Positions 1 to 32,116 of a stretch of DNA of 64,000 nucleotides are shown piece by piece. The position numbers and the translations under genes were made by a program. The notes below the pieces were generated by a model, which worked only from the letters and a program-made list of their open reading frames with translations, did no database searches and had not been told where the DNA came from. The first letter of the stretch is position 1. Each line of letters begins with the position of its first letter. Source of the stretch: the human T2T-CHM13v2.0 reference genome, Homo sapiens; the NCBI RefSeq assembly GCF_009914755.1, contig NC_060941.1; one strand, given 5' to 3'.

Positions 1-131
1 ATTTGTTTAAAAAAAAAAGTCAATTCCAAACAGATTGTAGATCTCGATGTAAAATTTAAAATAATTTTTCTTTTCTGGCAACACATCTCTTAGGAAGTTC
101 ATTTTATTAAACTTCTATAAACATATGGGTC

Positions 132-952
<821 letters not shown>

Positions 953-1190
953 TCACTCTTTCCAAATAAAAAAAGGCAGTTATAATCCAACCCAACTATA
1001 GAAGCTTGCCACAAGGTTTCGGGAACCAAGACCTCATCTAGAAAGTCAAGCTGAAAGATGATTTGTGGTTTTGTTTGCTGTGTTTTGCTTCAGGGGTGTG
1101 GTTCTTTCTCAGTCACCTGAATTTGGCAAAGAAACCGTTTTATGAAATGAAATATCAACAGCTGACCTCCAGTAAAAATGGACGTAATTC

Positions 1191-1335
1191 ACCGGGCATG
1201 GTGGCTCACGCCTGTAATCCCAGCTCTTAGGGAGACAGAGGCAGTAGGATAGCTTGAGTCCAGGAGTTTGAGACCCGCCTGGGCAACATAGTGAGATCTT
1301 GTTCTCCACAAAAAGGAAAAAAAAAAAGATTTAAA
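1191..1335 (+). pseudogene. BC200 (BCYRN1) RNA retropseudogene with target-site duplication
   Basis: Monomeric Alu domain with BC200-type features (CAGCTCT.AGGGAG, GGATAGCTTGAG, GTTCTCCA.AAAAAGGAAAAAAAAAAA). Flanked by a 17-bp TSD, AAAAATGGAC(G/A)TAATTC, at 1174-1190 and 1336-1352. Confidence 0.8.
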
Positions 1336-2064
1336 AAAAATGGACATAATTCTAAAATTTTTTGTGTAGCCACAATTACCGGAAAAAAAAAAAAAAAAAA
1401 AAAAGCCTGTGCTGCTTTCTCCCTTTTTAATTTAATGGGTTTTTCAAAGGTTTTTCTTTTCTTTTTTTAATCTTGAAAATGAGACAAGAGAACAACTCCT
1501 AGAAGAATTCATAGGCATTTATAATAAACTGCAGATGGGGTCCACAGTGCACAGAGGATAAGGAAGGAGACCCCAGCAGTCACTTAGGACCAGGGACAGG
1601 GAGGAATTCTCGAGTCACAGTGGGGATGGGCCAAAAACACAAAATAGAAGGTTAATGTTGCTGTTGCTCTAGCCTGGCCCTGCGTGGGGCTCTTGCAGTG
1701 GAGTGGGGCAGGGGCTGAAGGTGGAGGCAGGCGGTCTGGTGAAGGCTGGGCAGGGCAGTGGCCCTGGGACACCCCCTAACCTCCAACTCTGCAGCCCGGT
1801 GGGGTGGAGGTGAGCTGCCTCTGGCTGCTGATGAATGCCAATAAGGTCTGTCTCCTCCTCCTGTCCGCCAAGGGCAGGACTCAAATCACCCCCACAGCGG
1901 GTGAGCTGCACCTCCTGCTGCCCAAGCTGGCCAGGGTCCCAGGCCCCACCTCTCCATGCCCATCCTGAGGTGGGTCCCCTCACTGCACCCACAGGACTGC
2001 AGCCTGCACAATGTACATCAAAGACGGGGGTGGCTGGAGGGAACTGGGTGCGGGACGCAGATTC

Positions 2065-2785
<721 letters not shown>

Positions 2786-3412
2786 CAAGACAAACTATTT
2801 TGTTACTATTGTGACATGTTTCAAAATCTAGCTTCAAGGCTGGCCTTGGCCAATGAGGAGATCTGTGACTGCAAACACCTAGGTGTTCTGTGAAAAGAAA
2901 TGACTGCAAAAAAGAGCACACGTGCAATCACCAGCACTGAGACAAAGGCTGAGTACACACAGAACCATGGACAGCATGCACCCAAGACCATGCAATGCCA
3001 GCCAAGCAGAAGGATGCAGTGCTACCTTTTTTCATGGTAACAAACATGAAACTAAGCAGGAATGGCACATTTATTAATAAAGAACATGAAAAGATGGTTC
3101 CGGGACACTAGAAAGAATCACCAACACTGGACACTAAAAGAAAAAGCAAGTTACCTCTTCTTCCCATTATCCTTCGTTTTTATAGATAAATCACCATGCC
3201 TGAATAAGCCCACACATCTTACAGGCATTTTTTGACCCAACTGTTTATACAGACGGGTCCCACGAAAAACAAGTATTTGCCTGGGGCCCTGCACACCCTA
3301 GAGGCAGCACTTGGCACTGGTTCTGATGGTGTTGGTTCCACTGCTGGGCTGGCTGCGTTATCAGGTATGTGCAGTGGGGTGGCAATGGCAATGGGGTGTA
3401 CACCTGAGCCAT

Positions 3413-3760
3413 ACAGGTGCTCCTCAACTTATGGGGTTACATTCCAATAAGCTCATCATTAAGCTGAAAATATCATAAAGTCAAAAATGCATGTAATATA
3501 CCTAACCTACCAAACATCACAACCTAGTCTGGCCTACCTTAAACATGCTGAGGACACTGTGGTACCCTCCACTGGGCAAGATAGTCAAACACAAACCTTA
3601 TTTTATAATACGGTGTTGACTATCTCATGTAATCTACTGAATACTGTACTGAAACTGAAAAGCAGAATGGTCGTATGGGGGGCTTGAAGTACAGCTAATA
3701 ACGCATGTCACTTTTGCACTATCCTAAAGTTGAACGCCCTAAGTCAAACCACTGTCTGTT
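3413..3760. mobile_element. MER47A-like TcMar-Tigger DNA transposon fossil
   Basis: TA-CAGGTGCTCCTCAACTTATGGGGTTAC...CCTAACCTACCAAACATC...CCTACCTTAAACATGCT matches the recalled MER47A consensus. Confidence 0.65.
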
Positions 3761-4300
3761 CCTCTGTAGCCACTATACACAGGCAGGGGCTAGCCCTAAC
3801 GTGGCCATGGAGGACTGTGGCTGTGGATGGTGCCGGGCTGCTGGTTTTGGTGCTGGAGCTGGGGACGTTGCCATGCCTGTAGCTACTGCATCCTTGTGCT
3901 GCTGCTGGCCCACAGGGGCTCCGAGCAGAGATGTCACCAGGCGAGGGCAGAGCTGCAGAGGTGGTGGCTGTTGCTGGGGTCCAACTGTAGTGACCTGGTT
4001 GCTATTCCCCAGGGTTGCTATTCCAAGCAGTTGCCACTGCCCCTGCCACATCTGAACTCTCCTCAGTAGTTGCCTCCCTCACTGGTTTCCCTGTGGCCTC
4101 AGCTCAGACCCTCGTCTCTCCATCCCAGCTGCCCCAGCGGGTCCTGAAAACCTGAGGAGTCCCCGCTGCAAGGAAATTAAAAACGGTGCGAGGTGGGGAC
4201 TTCCTGTAGTGACACATAAACCAAACTTACCCCTGCAGGCACAGCCAAGCATCAGAGGTTTCCCAAGGAAATAAAAGCTAGGAGAGAAACACATGCTTAC

Positions 4301-4461
4301 CTTGTAGGGCATAGATTCAAAGAAGATGGACGTGGCAGAGATTTTCTTCTTGTCTGTCATGAACCCATGGGTCAGGTGGCCCCCATCCGGAAGGTCCAGG
4401 CCCATGATGCGCCCATGGGGTTCCACCAGGGCAGTGTACACAGCAAAGTTTGCAGGGGAGC
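4301..4461 (-). CDS. SHMT1: SHMT1 coding exon 4 (161 nt)
   Basis: [54 protein letters not shown], containing the GGHLTHG motif. Donor AAG|GTAAGC. Cumulative CDS is 519 nt. Remaining exons lie outside the window. Confidence 0.97.
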
Positions 4462-4719
4462 CTGAAACGAGTGGACCAGAGGAGACATGATTATTTCTAA
4501 CTGAGGTACCAAGTGGCATCCGGGACCTTGGCCACTAAGCCTTCACCCAGGAGTGGCGAGAACAGGCCTTGTACCTTCCCTGAGCTCCAGGAGGTGCCCC
4601 TTCACCACCAGCCTTGAGAGGTGAAGTTCAGAGAGAGGGCACTGCCTGGGAGGGGGTATAGAGCTGGGAGCCCAAGGGTAATGCAGAGGGATGCGTGACT
4701 TATCTTTTATTTATGGCAG

Positions 4720-5025
<306 letters not shown>

Positions 5026-5129
5026 ATGGCAGTCCATGGCAGTCCATCTTAGGACTCTTCTTGGTGCATGTCGGCCCTGGGGGATGCACATGAAGAGGCT
5101 GCACCAGGCCATATGGATGAGACAAGCAC

Positions 5130-5245
5130 CTGAGTAGGGCTGGACGTTGACCCCCCAGCACTGTGGGTCCAGCTTATAGGCCTGCAGGGCTCGCTTCTGA
5201 CAGAGGGTCTCCAGTTCATCAATAAACTCAGTCCCGCCATAGTAT
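5130..5245 (-). CDS. SHMT1: SHMT1 coding exon 3 (116 nt)
   Basis: [42 protein letters not shown] boundaries and phase are consistent with neighbouring exons. Confidence 0.97.
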
Positions 5246-5436
5246 CTGTGGGAGAAGAGCAGGAGACTTAGATCCACTCAGACCCAGAAAGTCTGTGCTT
5301 CACAGAGGCCAAAGAAGCTTAGGGGTGGGACAGTGAAACTAAAGTGGAGAGAAGTAATGAGAAGAGCTTGTTAACATGCAGATGCTGAAGCCAGCATGAT
5401 CAAGTGTTCCACCAATGCCTCTGGAATCTACAGTCA

Positions 5437-9657
<4,221 letters not shown>

Positions 9658-10476
9658 TTAACAAAATACCTTAGCCTGAAAGAAGAAAGAAAGGAAGGAA
9701 AAAGAAAAAGAAAGGAGAGAGAGAAATAAAGAAAACACCTGGTGAATTCTTTAAGGCACAATGCAAAAGTTAGTTATTCACAATAGGAGAAAGACAATGC
9801 CTTCAACTTGATTCTCAGTCTTCTACATAGAGCTTCAGGGGCATCTCAGGACAGAATGGCAATTCCTTCTCCAAGGGTGACCTTTCTGTTTCCTTTGGGA
9901 CAAAAATGCACACATTTGCAAAAGCCATGTCTAATTCTGTAATTTATTTTCTTTGCCTGATGATGACTGTAAAAAACAAAAACGAATATAACACTGTAAT
10001 TCTGAGGGTGAAAGAGTCAACTGAAAGCCACTGCATGTGTAAATCCAACATTTATAATGCAGAAACGGTTTTCAGTAATCCAGATTCAGCCTCCACTTCC
10101 ACACCATTCCCAATACAGACTCGATGACTCACATGGCAACGGCCACCTTCTGCAGCATCCCTCAGATGACACTGACCTTTTCTAGACAGAGGCCACACAC
10201 CAGTCCAGTGGCTCAATACTCCTTACAAACTGGCCTGTTTTTCTAGAAAGCCCCCAAAGAACTGTGAAATGTGCCCCTGAGTACACCTGCGCTGAGCTCT
10301 TCAGTGTTATCACATGCTGGGAATAAAAGAGTTCTGTCAGAGAGCAGGCGTGGAACAGAAATCCTACAGCTGGGAAGCTTATTGTTTTCTGAAATTTCCA
10401 AATTGTTTAGGTCCTAGGCTGACTGAGTACTCCCTATGACTGTGTCAGAACCAGGCCTTTGAAGATATTCACATAC

Positions 10477-10622
10477 CTCTGGCCCGGGTACCCCTCAGAG
10501 TATTTGTTATTTAAGCAAGAGCCTAGGGCCTCCAAAACTGCTCGGCTGGCGAAATTCTCCGAGGCAATCAGCTCCAATCCAACCCTCTGCCGGTTACTCT
10601 CCTTCTTAATGATGTTGTAAAC
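10477..10622 (-). CDS. SHMT1: SHMT1 coding exon 2 (146 nt)
   Basis: [49 protein letters not shown], containing the conserved SHMT motifs LIASEN and [13 protein letters not shown] boundaries. Confidence 0.97.
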
Positions 10623-10789
10623 CTTATGAGAAGAAAACAGATGCTTGATATTTGGAAATTTTAGTTTAAAATTTTGCTCTGATCCAAATTACAACCTCCT
10701 AAAGAGAAAAGACACTCTTTCACATTATGGAATAGAATGAATCCTCCTCAAAGGTTTTAGTATCTGAGAAAGCACTAATCAATGAATTA

Positions 10790-12399
<1,610 letters not shown>

Positions 12400-12691
12400 C
12401 TAGATAGATCTATATTCCCTGTGAACTGTCAGGAAAGGGTCAACTGTCAGTGATCTCTCCCCTTCTCGCTTTTCTCCAGAGCACCCTGCACAGTGCTCCA
12501 CACTTTGAAGAAACCCAGCAATCTTTAAATTTACCCTCAAAGGATTTGTAGCCATTTTGTCTGCCACCACCTCTAAATCCAGCAGGATAATACTCATTTC
12601 AAGGCTGTCCCTAATTAATTTGTAATTAGAACTAAAGATTAAATGAAGGCCTCCAACATAAAAAAATCTGTGAAGACCCCAAAAATCTCAC

Positions 12692-12787
12692 CTCAACATC
12701 ACTGTCTTTGAGGGGTTGTGCCAGCATCTTGTCATGTGAGGACCACAGGTCAGCATCCTTGTGGGCCCCGTTGACTGGCATCGTCAT
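12692..12787 (-). CDS. SHMT1: Serine hydroxymethyltransferase 1, first coding exon (exon spans 12692-12806)
   Basis: ATG at 12787 gives [32 protein letters not shown]. Acceptor TTAG| at 12807, donor GAG|GTGAG. Confidence 0.97.
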
Positions 12788-12844
12788 TGCACTGGTTCGA
12801 AGCTGCCTAAAAAAATGGGAAAAACATGTGTAGCTTCCAGAATT

Positions 12845-19514
<6,670 letters not shown>

Positions 19515-19939
19515 TGACCTCAGCTGGACCAAGGGTCACTTAACTCCCGGAATCTCGAAGCCAAGGCACCGGGCCAAGAACTTCACAGTGCAACATTTGT
19601 CTCCTAGAACAGGGGGTGGCAGATTGCGGGCAACAGGAAGAGCTCATTCCCCACAGGGATCTGGTGGCACGGGCCAAAAGTGGAGCGACCCTGCGCGCAG
19701 CCTTTAGGGGCGCAGGCTTTGAGAACCCGGGTTCTATTCCGGGCTCTGCCATTTAAGTTGCCTCCTTTCTCAGGGCCCCACCACCTTCCTCACCTGTAAA
19801 ATGGGGGAAACAGTAGCACTTGACTTGCAGCTTTGTTGTGAAGGAGCTAGGATTGTTTAAATCGAAAATGCTCAACGAGAAAAGTGTTCAGTGGAGAGCT
19901 ACTACTCACATCCCCGATAAGCCTTCGCATTCTTGCCAA

Positions 19940-20545
19940 AGGCCACGGGCCGCCACCCCATCATACCGAATGTGCCTGGAACTGGGGCGCTGCGGCTGGC
20001 CGCCGCCCGATCCCCAGCCCAGGCGCGACCCAAGCGCTCCCCTCCCGTCATTGCGGCTGCAGAGGGTGGGGTACGGCGGGGGACAGCGAGGACGCCGAAG
20101 CACCCCCCGGGCTCTGGGACGCCGCGGCCCTCGGACCCGAAGCCGCCCACCTACCGGAACACGGCCCGCGCACGTACCTAGCGACGCCTCCGTCCTACGC
20201 CGCCGCCGGTGCCACCAGTCCCAGACCCGCTGACCCAACGCCCCGCGCACCGCCGCGGGCCAGCCACGTGACCAGCCGCTCCAACCCCAAACCCCGAACT
20301 TGGCGCTGGACCGCTCGAGCTCAGGAAGGTGCACTCTGCGCGCCAGGCTTGGGCTTGGCCCCGCCCCCGGAGGCGCCCAATCAGAGAGCGCAGCCAAGCA
20401 TGGGCCGCCACCAAACGCACCCGCGCTATTGGCTGCGGCGCAGCGGCGGGCAGGGCCTGTTTCTCCGGGGCGGGCCGGAGGCCGCGTAGTGCAGCTGCGC
20501 ACCTGGGGCAGGGACCTGCAGAACTGACCCGCTTTGGCTGCAGGG
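19940..20545 (-). promoter_or_regulatory. SHMT1: CpG-island, TATA-less promoter of SHMT1
   Basis: Very GC- and CpG-rich. GC box CCGCCC at 20361-20366, CCAAT at 20377-20381, inverted CCAAT (ATTGG) at 20428-20432, E-box CACGTG at 20265-20270 within exon 1. Confidence 0.85.
20178..20348 (-). other. SHMT1: SHMT1 exon 1 (non-coding 5'UTR)
   Basis: Minus strand reads GCCTGGCGCGCAGAGTGCACC...GGCGTCGCTAG|GTACGT (donor at 20177), matching my recollection of the SHMT1 mRNA 5' end. It joins to GCAGCTTCGAACCAGTGCAATG in the first coding exon. TSS position is approximate. Confidence 0.85.
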
Positions 20546-21364
20546 CTGGTGTGTGGACCAAGATTTCCAGGAAGACTACACAGGGCCTTCCTCACTTAAG
20601 CCTGTCGCTTGGGCCGTGGGATTATGAGTGAATTTTGTTCATGGTACTACTTTTAGTTTGCAGGGTGGTCATTTAAAGTAGGACAAATGTGCGTCCAAAC
20701 TGCAACATTATTACTCTGTAGGTGTATAATCCAAGAGCAGACACTTTATTATTATTATTTTTGTTATTTTTTATTTTTATTTTTTTGAGACAGGGTCTCA
20801 CTCTGTCCCCCAGGTTGAAGTAGAGATGGGGGTCTAACTATGTTGCCTCCCAGGAGGCGGAGGTTGCAGTGAGTCGAGATCGCGCCACTGCACTCCAGCC
20901 TGGGGGACGGAGCGAGACAACGTCTCAAGAAGAATAAAATAAGATAAATAAAATACTGACACACAATAAGGACTCAATGAACATTACCTATTGTTAAGAA
21001 TGATAAAAACCGGGGCCACATGTCAGGACCACCTGAGGCTGCGTCATAAATTTTTTTATTTGTCAAATGATAACAATAATTATTATAAGAATGATAAAAA
21101 CCGGGCGCAGTGGCTCACCCCTGTAATTCCAGCACTTTGGGAGGCCGAGGCAGATGGCTTGAGCCTAGGAGTTCAAGACCAGCCTGGGCAAAATGGTGAA
21201 ACCTTGTCTCTACAAATAATTTTAAAATTAGCTGGGTGTGGTGGCAGTCGCCTGTAGTCCCAGCTACTTGGGGGGCTGAATGGGAGGATCACTTGAGCCT
21301 GGGAGGCAGAGGTTGCAGTAAGCAATGATCTTGCCTCTGTACTCCAGCCTGGGCAACAGAGTGA

Positions 21365-21532
<168 letters not shown>

Positions 21533-21981
21533 TGAGTAGCTGGGACTACAGGCCTCCGCCACCACGCCTGGCTAATTTTTTTTTATTTTTGAGACGGAGT
21601 CTCCCTCTCTTGCCCAGGCTGGAGTGCTGTGGCGCGATCTAGGCCCACTGCGAGCTCTGCCTCCTGGGTTCATGCCATTCTCCTGCCTCAGCCTCCCGAG
21701 TAGCTGGGACTACAGGAGCCCACCACCACGCCTGGCTAATTTTTTGTATTTTCAGTAGAGACAGGGTTTCACCATGTTAGCCAGGATGGTCTTGATCTCC
21801 TGACCTTGTGATCCACCTGCCTCAGCCTGCCAAAGTGCTAGGATTACAGGCGTGAGCCACCACACCCGGCTAATTTTTGTATGTTTAGTAGAGATAGGGT
21901 TTCACCATATTGGCTAGGCTGGTCTTGAACTCCTGATCTCAAGTGATCCATCCTCCTCGGCCTCCCAAAGTGCTGGGATAA

Positions 21982-22417
<436 letters not shown>

Positions 22418-22585
22418 TAGCCAGGATGGTCTTGATCTCCTGACCTCTGATCCGCCTGCCTCGGCCTCCCAAAGTGCTGGGATTACAGGCATGAGCCACC
22501 GCGCCCGGCCGTGCACAGCTAATTTTTGTATTTTTCTCACAGACAGGGATTCGCCATGTCAGCCAGGCTGGTCTCGAACTCCTGA

Positions 22586-23439
<854 letters not shown>

Positions 23440-23442
23440 TAA

Positions 23443-23729
<287 letters not shown>

Positions 23730-24189
23730 TGAGCCACCGCGCCCAGCTAAAAAATATTTTATTTGTGGCTGGGCATGGTGACTCAGGCTCACACCTGTAA
23801 TCTTAGAACTTTGGGAGGCTGAGGTAGGAGGATTGCTTGAGGCCAGGAGTTCAAGAGTAGCCTGGGCAACATAGCAAGATCCCATCTCTATGAAAAATTA
23901 AAATTAAAAAAATTATGACATTTTGTGCTACATGATGAAAAAAATTAAAAAGAAAGAAAGAAAATTGGCCAGGTGTGGAAGTGCACACCTGTATTCCCAA
24001 CTAGTCAGGGTGCTGAGTGGGGAGGATCTCCTGAGCCCAGGAGTTCAAGGCTGCAGTGAGCTGTGATCGTGCCACTGCTCTCCAGCCTAAGATACGGGAA
24101 AAACCAAAGCGTTTTTCTTTTCTTTTTTTTCTGCTGTCATCGTATGAAATAGTCTATAGGTTTCCATTATATCCAGTTACAGAGGGTGT

Positions 24190-25330
<1,141 letters not shown>

Positions 25331-25354
25331 CTTTTTTTTTTTACTGTTTTCTAA

Positions 25355-25606
<252 letters not shown>

Positions 25607-26334
25607 TAATTTAATTTTTTGTAGAGACAGAGTCTACGATGTTGCCCAGGCTGGTCTCAAACTCCTGGGCTCAAGTGATCCTTCTGCCTCAGCCTCTCAA
25701 GTAGCTGGGACTACAGTCACATACCACCACGCCTGGCTAATTTTTTATTTTCTGTAGAGATAGAGATGGGATTTTGCAATGTTGCTCAGGCTGGTCTCAA
25801 GCTCCTGGCCTCAAGCAATCCTCCCGTCTCAGCCTCCCAAAGCACTGGGATTACAGGCATGAACCACTATGCCCAGCCATAAATAAAATATGTTTTAGAG
25901 TGTCTGTGTCCACTGATAAGGGCGTAGTCATTTCTTCCCTCGCCGGCTCCTGTAAGTGCTGAGGATTCCACTGCACTGACCCCGGTTGTGCCCTCGGGGA
26001 ATGTTGAGTCCTAGCAGATGTTAAACAACATATGACACACCTAAGCATTTCACTGGACTTACACTACACAGGTGGCTGTTAGTTTGATTTTCTTTCTTTC
26101 TTTTTTTCTTTTTGAGAAAGTCTCGATCTGTCACCCGGGCTGGAGTGCAGTGGCACGATCTCGGCTCACTGTAACCCCTGCCCCCCCAGGTTCAAGCAAT
26201 TATCATGCCTCAGCCTCCCGAGTAGCTGGGATTACAGGCGCCCACCACCACGCCCGGCTAATTTTTTTGTATTTTTAGTAGAGACGGGGTTTCACCATGT
26301 TGGCCAGGCTGGTCTTGAACTCCTGACCTCATGA

Positions 26335-26544
<210 letters not shown>

Positions 26545-27015
26545 TAACCCACTTAAGGTGAAGAGGTTGATGATGATGAGAGTAAGGAGAGCAGGCAAAG
26601 CTTTCTCAGGATGGAGAGAAGATGGGGTACCAGGATTAGATTCTCAACCTATTAGGAAAAAAAACCCCAAAAAACCAGTGATTTATAAAATAGAAGAGTT
26701 TATTTCTCTCTCCCATAACACAATCTGGGGGTAGACACTCCAAGACTGGTCTTGGACCTTGACCTTCCTCCCATCAAAAGGTAGACTCCAATGCCACACT
26801 CGGTAAGGGCTGGTTTGGTGACAGGCTCCTAAGACATGGAATGAGGCTGGTGGGCACAGTGGTTCATGCCTGTAATCCCAGCACTTTGGGAGGCCGAGGC
26901 AGGCAGATCACTTGAGGTCAGGAGTTCAAAACCAGCCTGGCCAACAAGGTGAAACCCTGTCTCTACCAAAAATACAAAAATTAGCCAGGTGTGGTGGCAC
27001 ACGGCTGTAGTCCTA

Positions 27016-27330
<315 letters not shown>

Positions 27331-27576
27331 TCAGCTACTTGGGAGGCTGAGGTGGGAGGACCTCTTGAATCTGGGAAGTTGAGGCTGCAGTGAGCCAAGA
27401 TTGCACCCCTGCATTTCAGCCTGGGCAACAGAGTGAGACCCTGCCTTTTAAAATAAATTTTAAAATAAAAAAATTTTAAATAAAGAAACAAGGAAGTTGA
27501 TTTTTATACACTGTGTAAGATAAGGATCCAATTTCTTCTGCATGTGGGTATACAATTTTACCAATACTGTTGATTA

Positions 27577-28236
<660 letters not shown>

Positions 28237-28925
28237 TCATGAGCAGTGTCCACTCTCTCTGGAAAACTCACTCTTGGAACCCTGCCACCATCCTGTGAGG
28301 AGGGCCAGTCCACACACAGAGGCTACCTGAAAGCCCCACTGAGGTCTCAGCTGACAGACAGCACCGGCCATCAGACATGGGAGTGGTCTTCACCTGTGGT
28401 CTCCGTCTCCACCCTCCATCTGACAGTAACCACAAGAAAGACCCAAGGCAAACACCATTTAGCTGAGCCGAGGCAATCACCAGAACCAAGAGACATAATA
28501 AACAATTAATGATAGTTTCATACCATGTTATGACTCAGCGACATTTCTAAAGAAAAAAAAATCCGTTAAGTTTGGGGTGGTTCATTAAGCGTCAACAGAT
28601 AACACATGTGTTCTACCCTGTCTCCCAGAATTCCTCGACAGGATTAAGACCCAGTTACCTGTAGCAGTAATTTACTTGATAACAATGCTGTTGGTGACTA
28701 TTTTCCCCATCCTACTCCCTTGTCACTGTTTCTCAAGATCATCTCCCAAGGCCACAGGCAGTGGCTCACGCCTGTAATCCCAGCACTTTGGGAGGCCAAG
28801 GTGGGTGGATCACCTGAGGCCAGGAGTTGGAGACCAGCTTGGTCAACATGGTAAGACCCTGTCTCTATTAAAAATACAAAAATTAGCCAAACGTGGTGGT
28901 GCGTGCCTGTAATCCCAACTACTTA

Positions 28926-29060
<135 letters not shown>

Positions 29061-29756
29061 TCATCTCCCAAATAAACTACTTGTATCAAATTACTAATTC
29101 AGGGTATGCCACTGGAGAACCCACTTAAAAGCAGTGTGATAATTAAGAGCAGGAACTCAGTGGCCAAGGTGAGTCAGTTCAGAACCCAATTCTAACATAC
29201 ATTAGCTATTGATGGTGGTAAGTTGCTTAATGTCCCTCCATTTCAGTTTGCTCATGTGTAAAATATGAATAAATGGACCTACCTCACTGGGTTCTTGTAA
29301 GTTTGAATGAATTAACATGTGTAAAGTGTTTAAAACAGTTCCAGACACATAGCAGAGTAAATGTGTTCTGTAAATATACAAACAAACAAACCTGTTTTAA
29401 ATAATAAAGATAATTTATTGCCTCAGGTAACTGGAAAATTCTAGTTGTTATCACTGGAATTCAGGAATTGCTTGATCAGGGCTTCGACTCCATTTTGGAA
29501 CTGTTCTTTCAACTCTGCCCTCCCCCATGGGTTGGCTTCATACTTGGACTGGATTCTTTGTGGTAAGAAAAAGTAGGGGCTGGGTGTGCACAGTGGCTCA
29601 CACCTGTAATCCCAGCACTTTGGGAGGCAGAGACAGGTGGATCACCTAAGGTCAGAAGTTCGAGACTAGCTTGACCAACATGGTGAAACCCCATCTCTAC
29701 TAAATATACAAAAATTAGCCAGTGTGGTGGCAGATGCCTGTAATCACAGCTACTCA

Positions 29757-29861
<105 letters not shown>

Positions 29862-29955
29862 TCAAAAAAAAAAGAAAGAAAAAGTAGGGGCAGGGCTGGC
29901 CTCGTTGCTCATGCCTGTAATCCCAGCACTTTGGAAGGTTGAGGTGGGCAGATCA

Positions 29956-30219
<264 letters not shown>

Positions 30220-30419
30220 TCAGCACTTTGGGAGACAGAGGTGGGTGGATCATTTGAGGTCAGGAGTTTGAAACCAACCTGGCCAACATGGTGAATCCCC
30301 ATCTCTACTAAAAAATACAAAAATTGGCCGGGTGCTGTGGCTCATGCCTGTAATCCCAGCACTTTGGAAGGCCGAGGTGGGCGGATCACGAGGTCAGGAG
30401 ATTGAGACTATCCTGTCTA

Positions 30420-30686
<267 letters not shown>

Positions 30687-30698
30687 TTAAAAAATTCA

Positions 30699-31170
30699 TG
30701 TGGTAGTTGAATAATTGCCTCCCAAAGATGTCCACCCAATAATGGCCTCCCAAAGATGTTCCTAATCCCCGGAACCTGTGAATGAATATGTTACTTATAT
30801 GGCAAAAGGGGTTGTGCAGATGTGATTCAATTACAGATCTTAAAATAAGGGGAATATCCTGGATAATTCAGGTGGGCTCAATGTTAAGAACAGGATTCCT
30901 GAACAGATGAAGAAGAAGGAGAAGAGTCAGGGGGGAGATGGGATGATGGAACTGCAGATTAGAGTGATACGATAGCTGGTCTTGAAGGCTGAGGACGTCA
31001 CCACAAGCCAGACAGTATAAGTGGCCTCTAAAGGCTGGAAAAGGCAAAGAAATGATTTCCTCTAGAGCTTCAAAATGAATGCAGTCCTACCGACACCTTC
31101 GTTTTAGCCCAGTGAAACTCGTTTTGCACTTCCAATCACCAGAATGATAAAATGATAATTTGTGTTGTTT
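30699..31170 (+). mobile_element. MLT1-type MaLR LTR
   Basis: TGTGGTAG...CCCAAAGATGTCC...CCTAATCCCCGGAACCTGTGAAT...GCTGGAAAAGGCAAAGAAA...AATTTGTGTTGTTT. Confidence 0.7.
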
Positions 31171-31535
31171 GTGTGTGTGTTTTGTTTGTTGGTTTTGAGA
31201 CAAAATCTCAGTCTGTCGCCTAGCTGGAATGCAGTGGTATGATCATGACTCACTGCGGCCTCAACCCCCGAGGCTCAGACGATCTTCCCACCTCAGCCTC
31301 CTAAGTAGCTGAGATTACAGGTAGGTACCACCATGCCCAGGTAATTTTGAAAATTTTTTGTGGAGATGGGGTCTTGCTATGTTGCCCAGACTGGTCTTGA
31401 ACTTCTGGACTCAAGTGATCCTCCCACCTCAGCCTCGTTTGTGTTTTAAAGATTAGGCCGGGTGCGGTGGCTCACACCAGTAATCCCAGCACTTTGGGAG
31501 GCTGAGGTGGGTGGATCACTTGAGGTCAAGAGTTA

Positions 31536-31847
<312 letters not shown>

Positions 31848-32116
31848 TTATAAAGATTATTTTAATTTTTTACATCGACTAAATTTAACACCTGTTACAC
31901 AAAATATACAACACAATATATTGGAGTGTTTTATAAAATAAGTATAATTGTTAGAATGGCATTCCAGTTCACAATACCCTACAGGTGTGGTGATCCAGCA
32001 ACAGAATACTACCTCAATTGGAATGACTGCTGTAACCTCTTTCATTAACATGAAGCCTAGCCAAATAATCCGACTTCCCTCTCCTCTACTTCACACCCCA
32101 GGCTCCATGACCCACT

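Noticed and set aside
4079-4519. 146-aa ORF as a standalone gene
   Set aside because: It is a SHMT1 exon plus flanking intron.
19820-20631. Long overlapping ORFs (up to 229 aa) on both strands
   Set aside because: Expected from stop-codon scarcity in a CpG island, with no recognisable homology.
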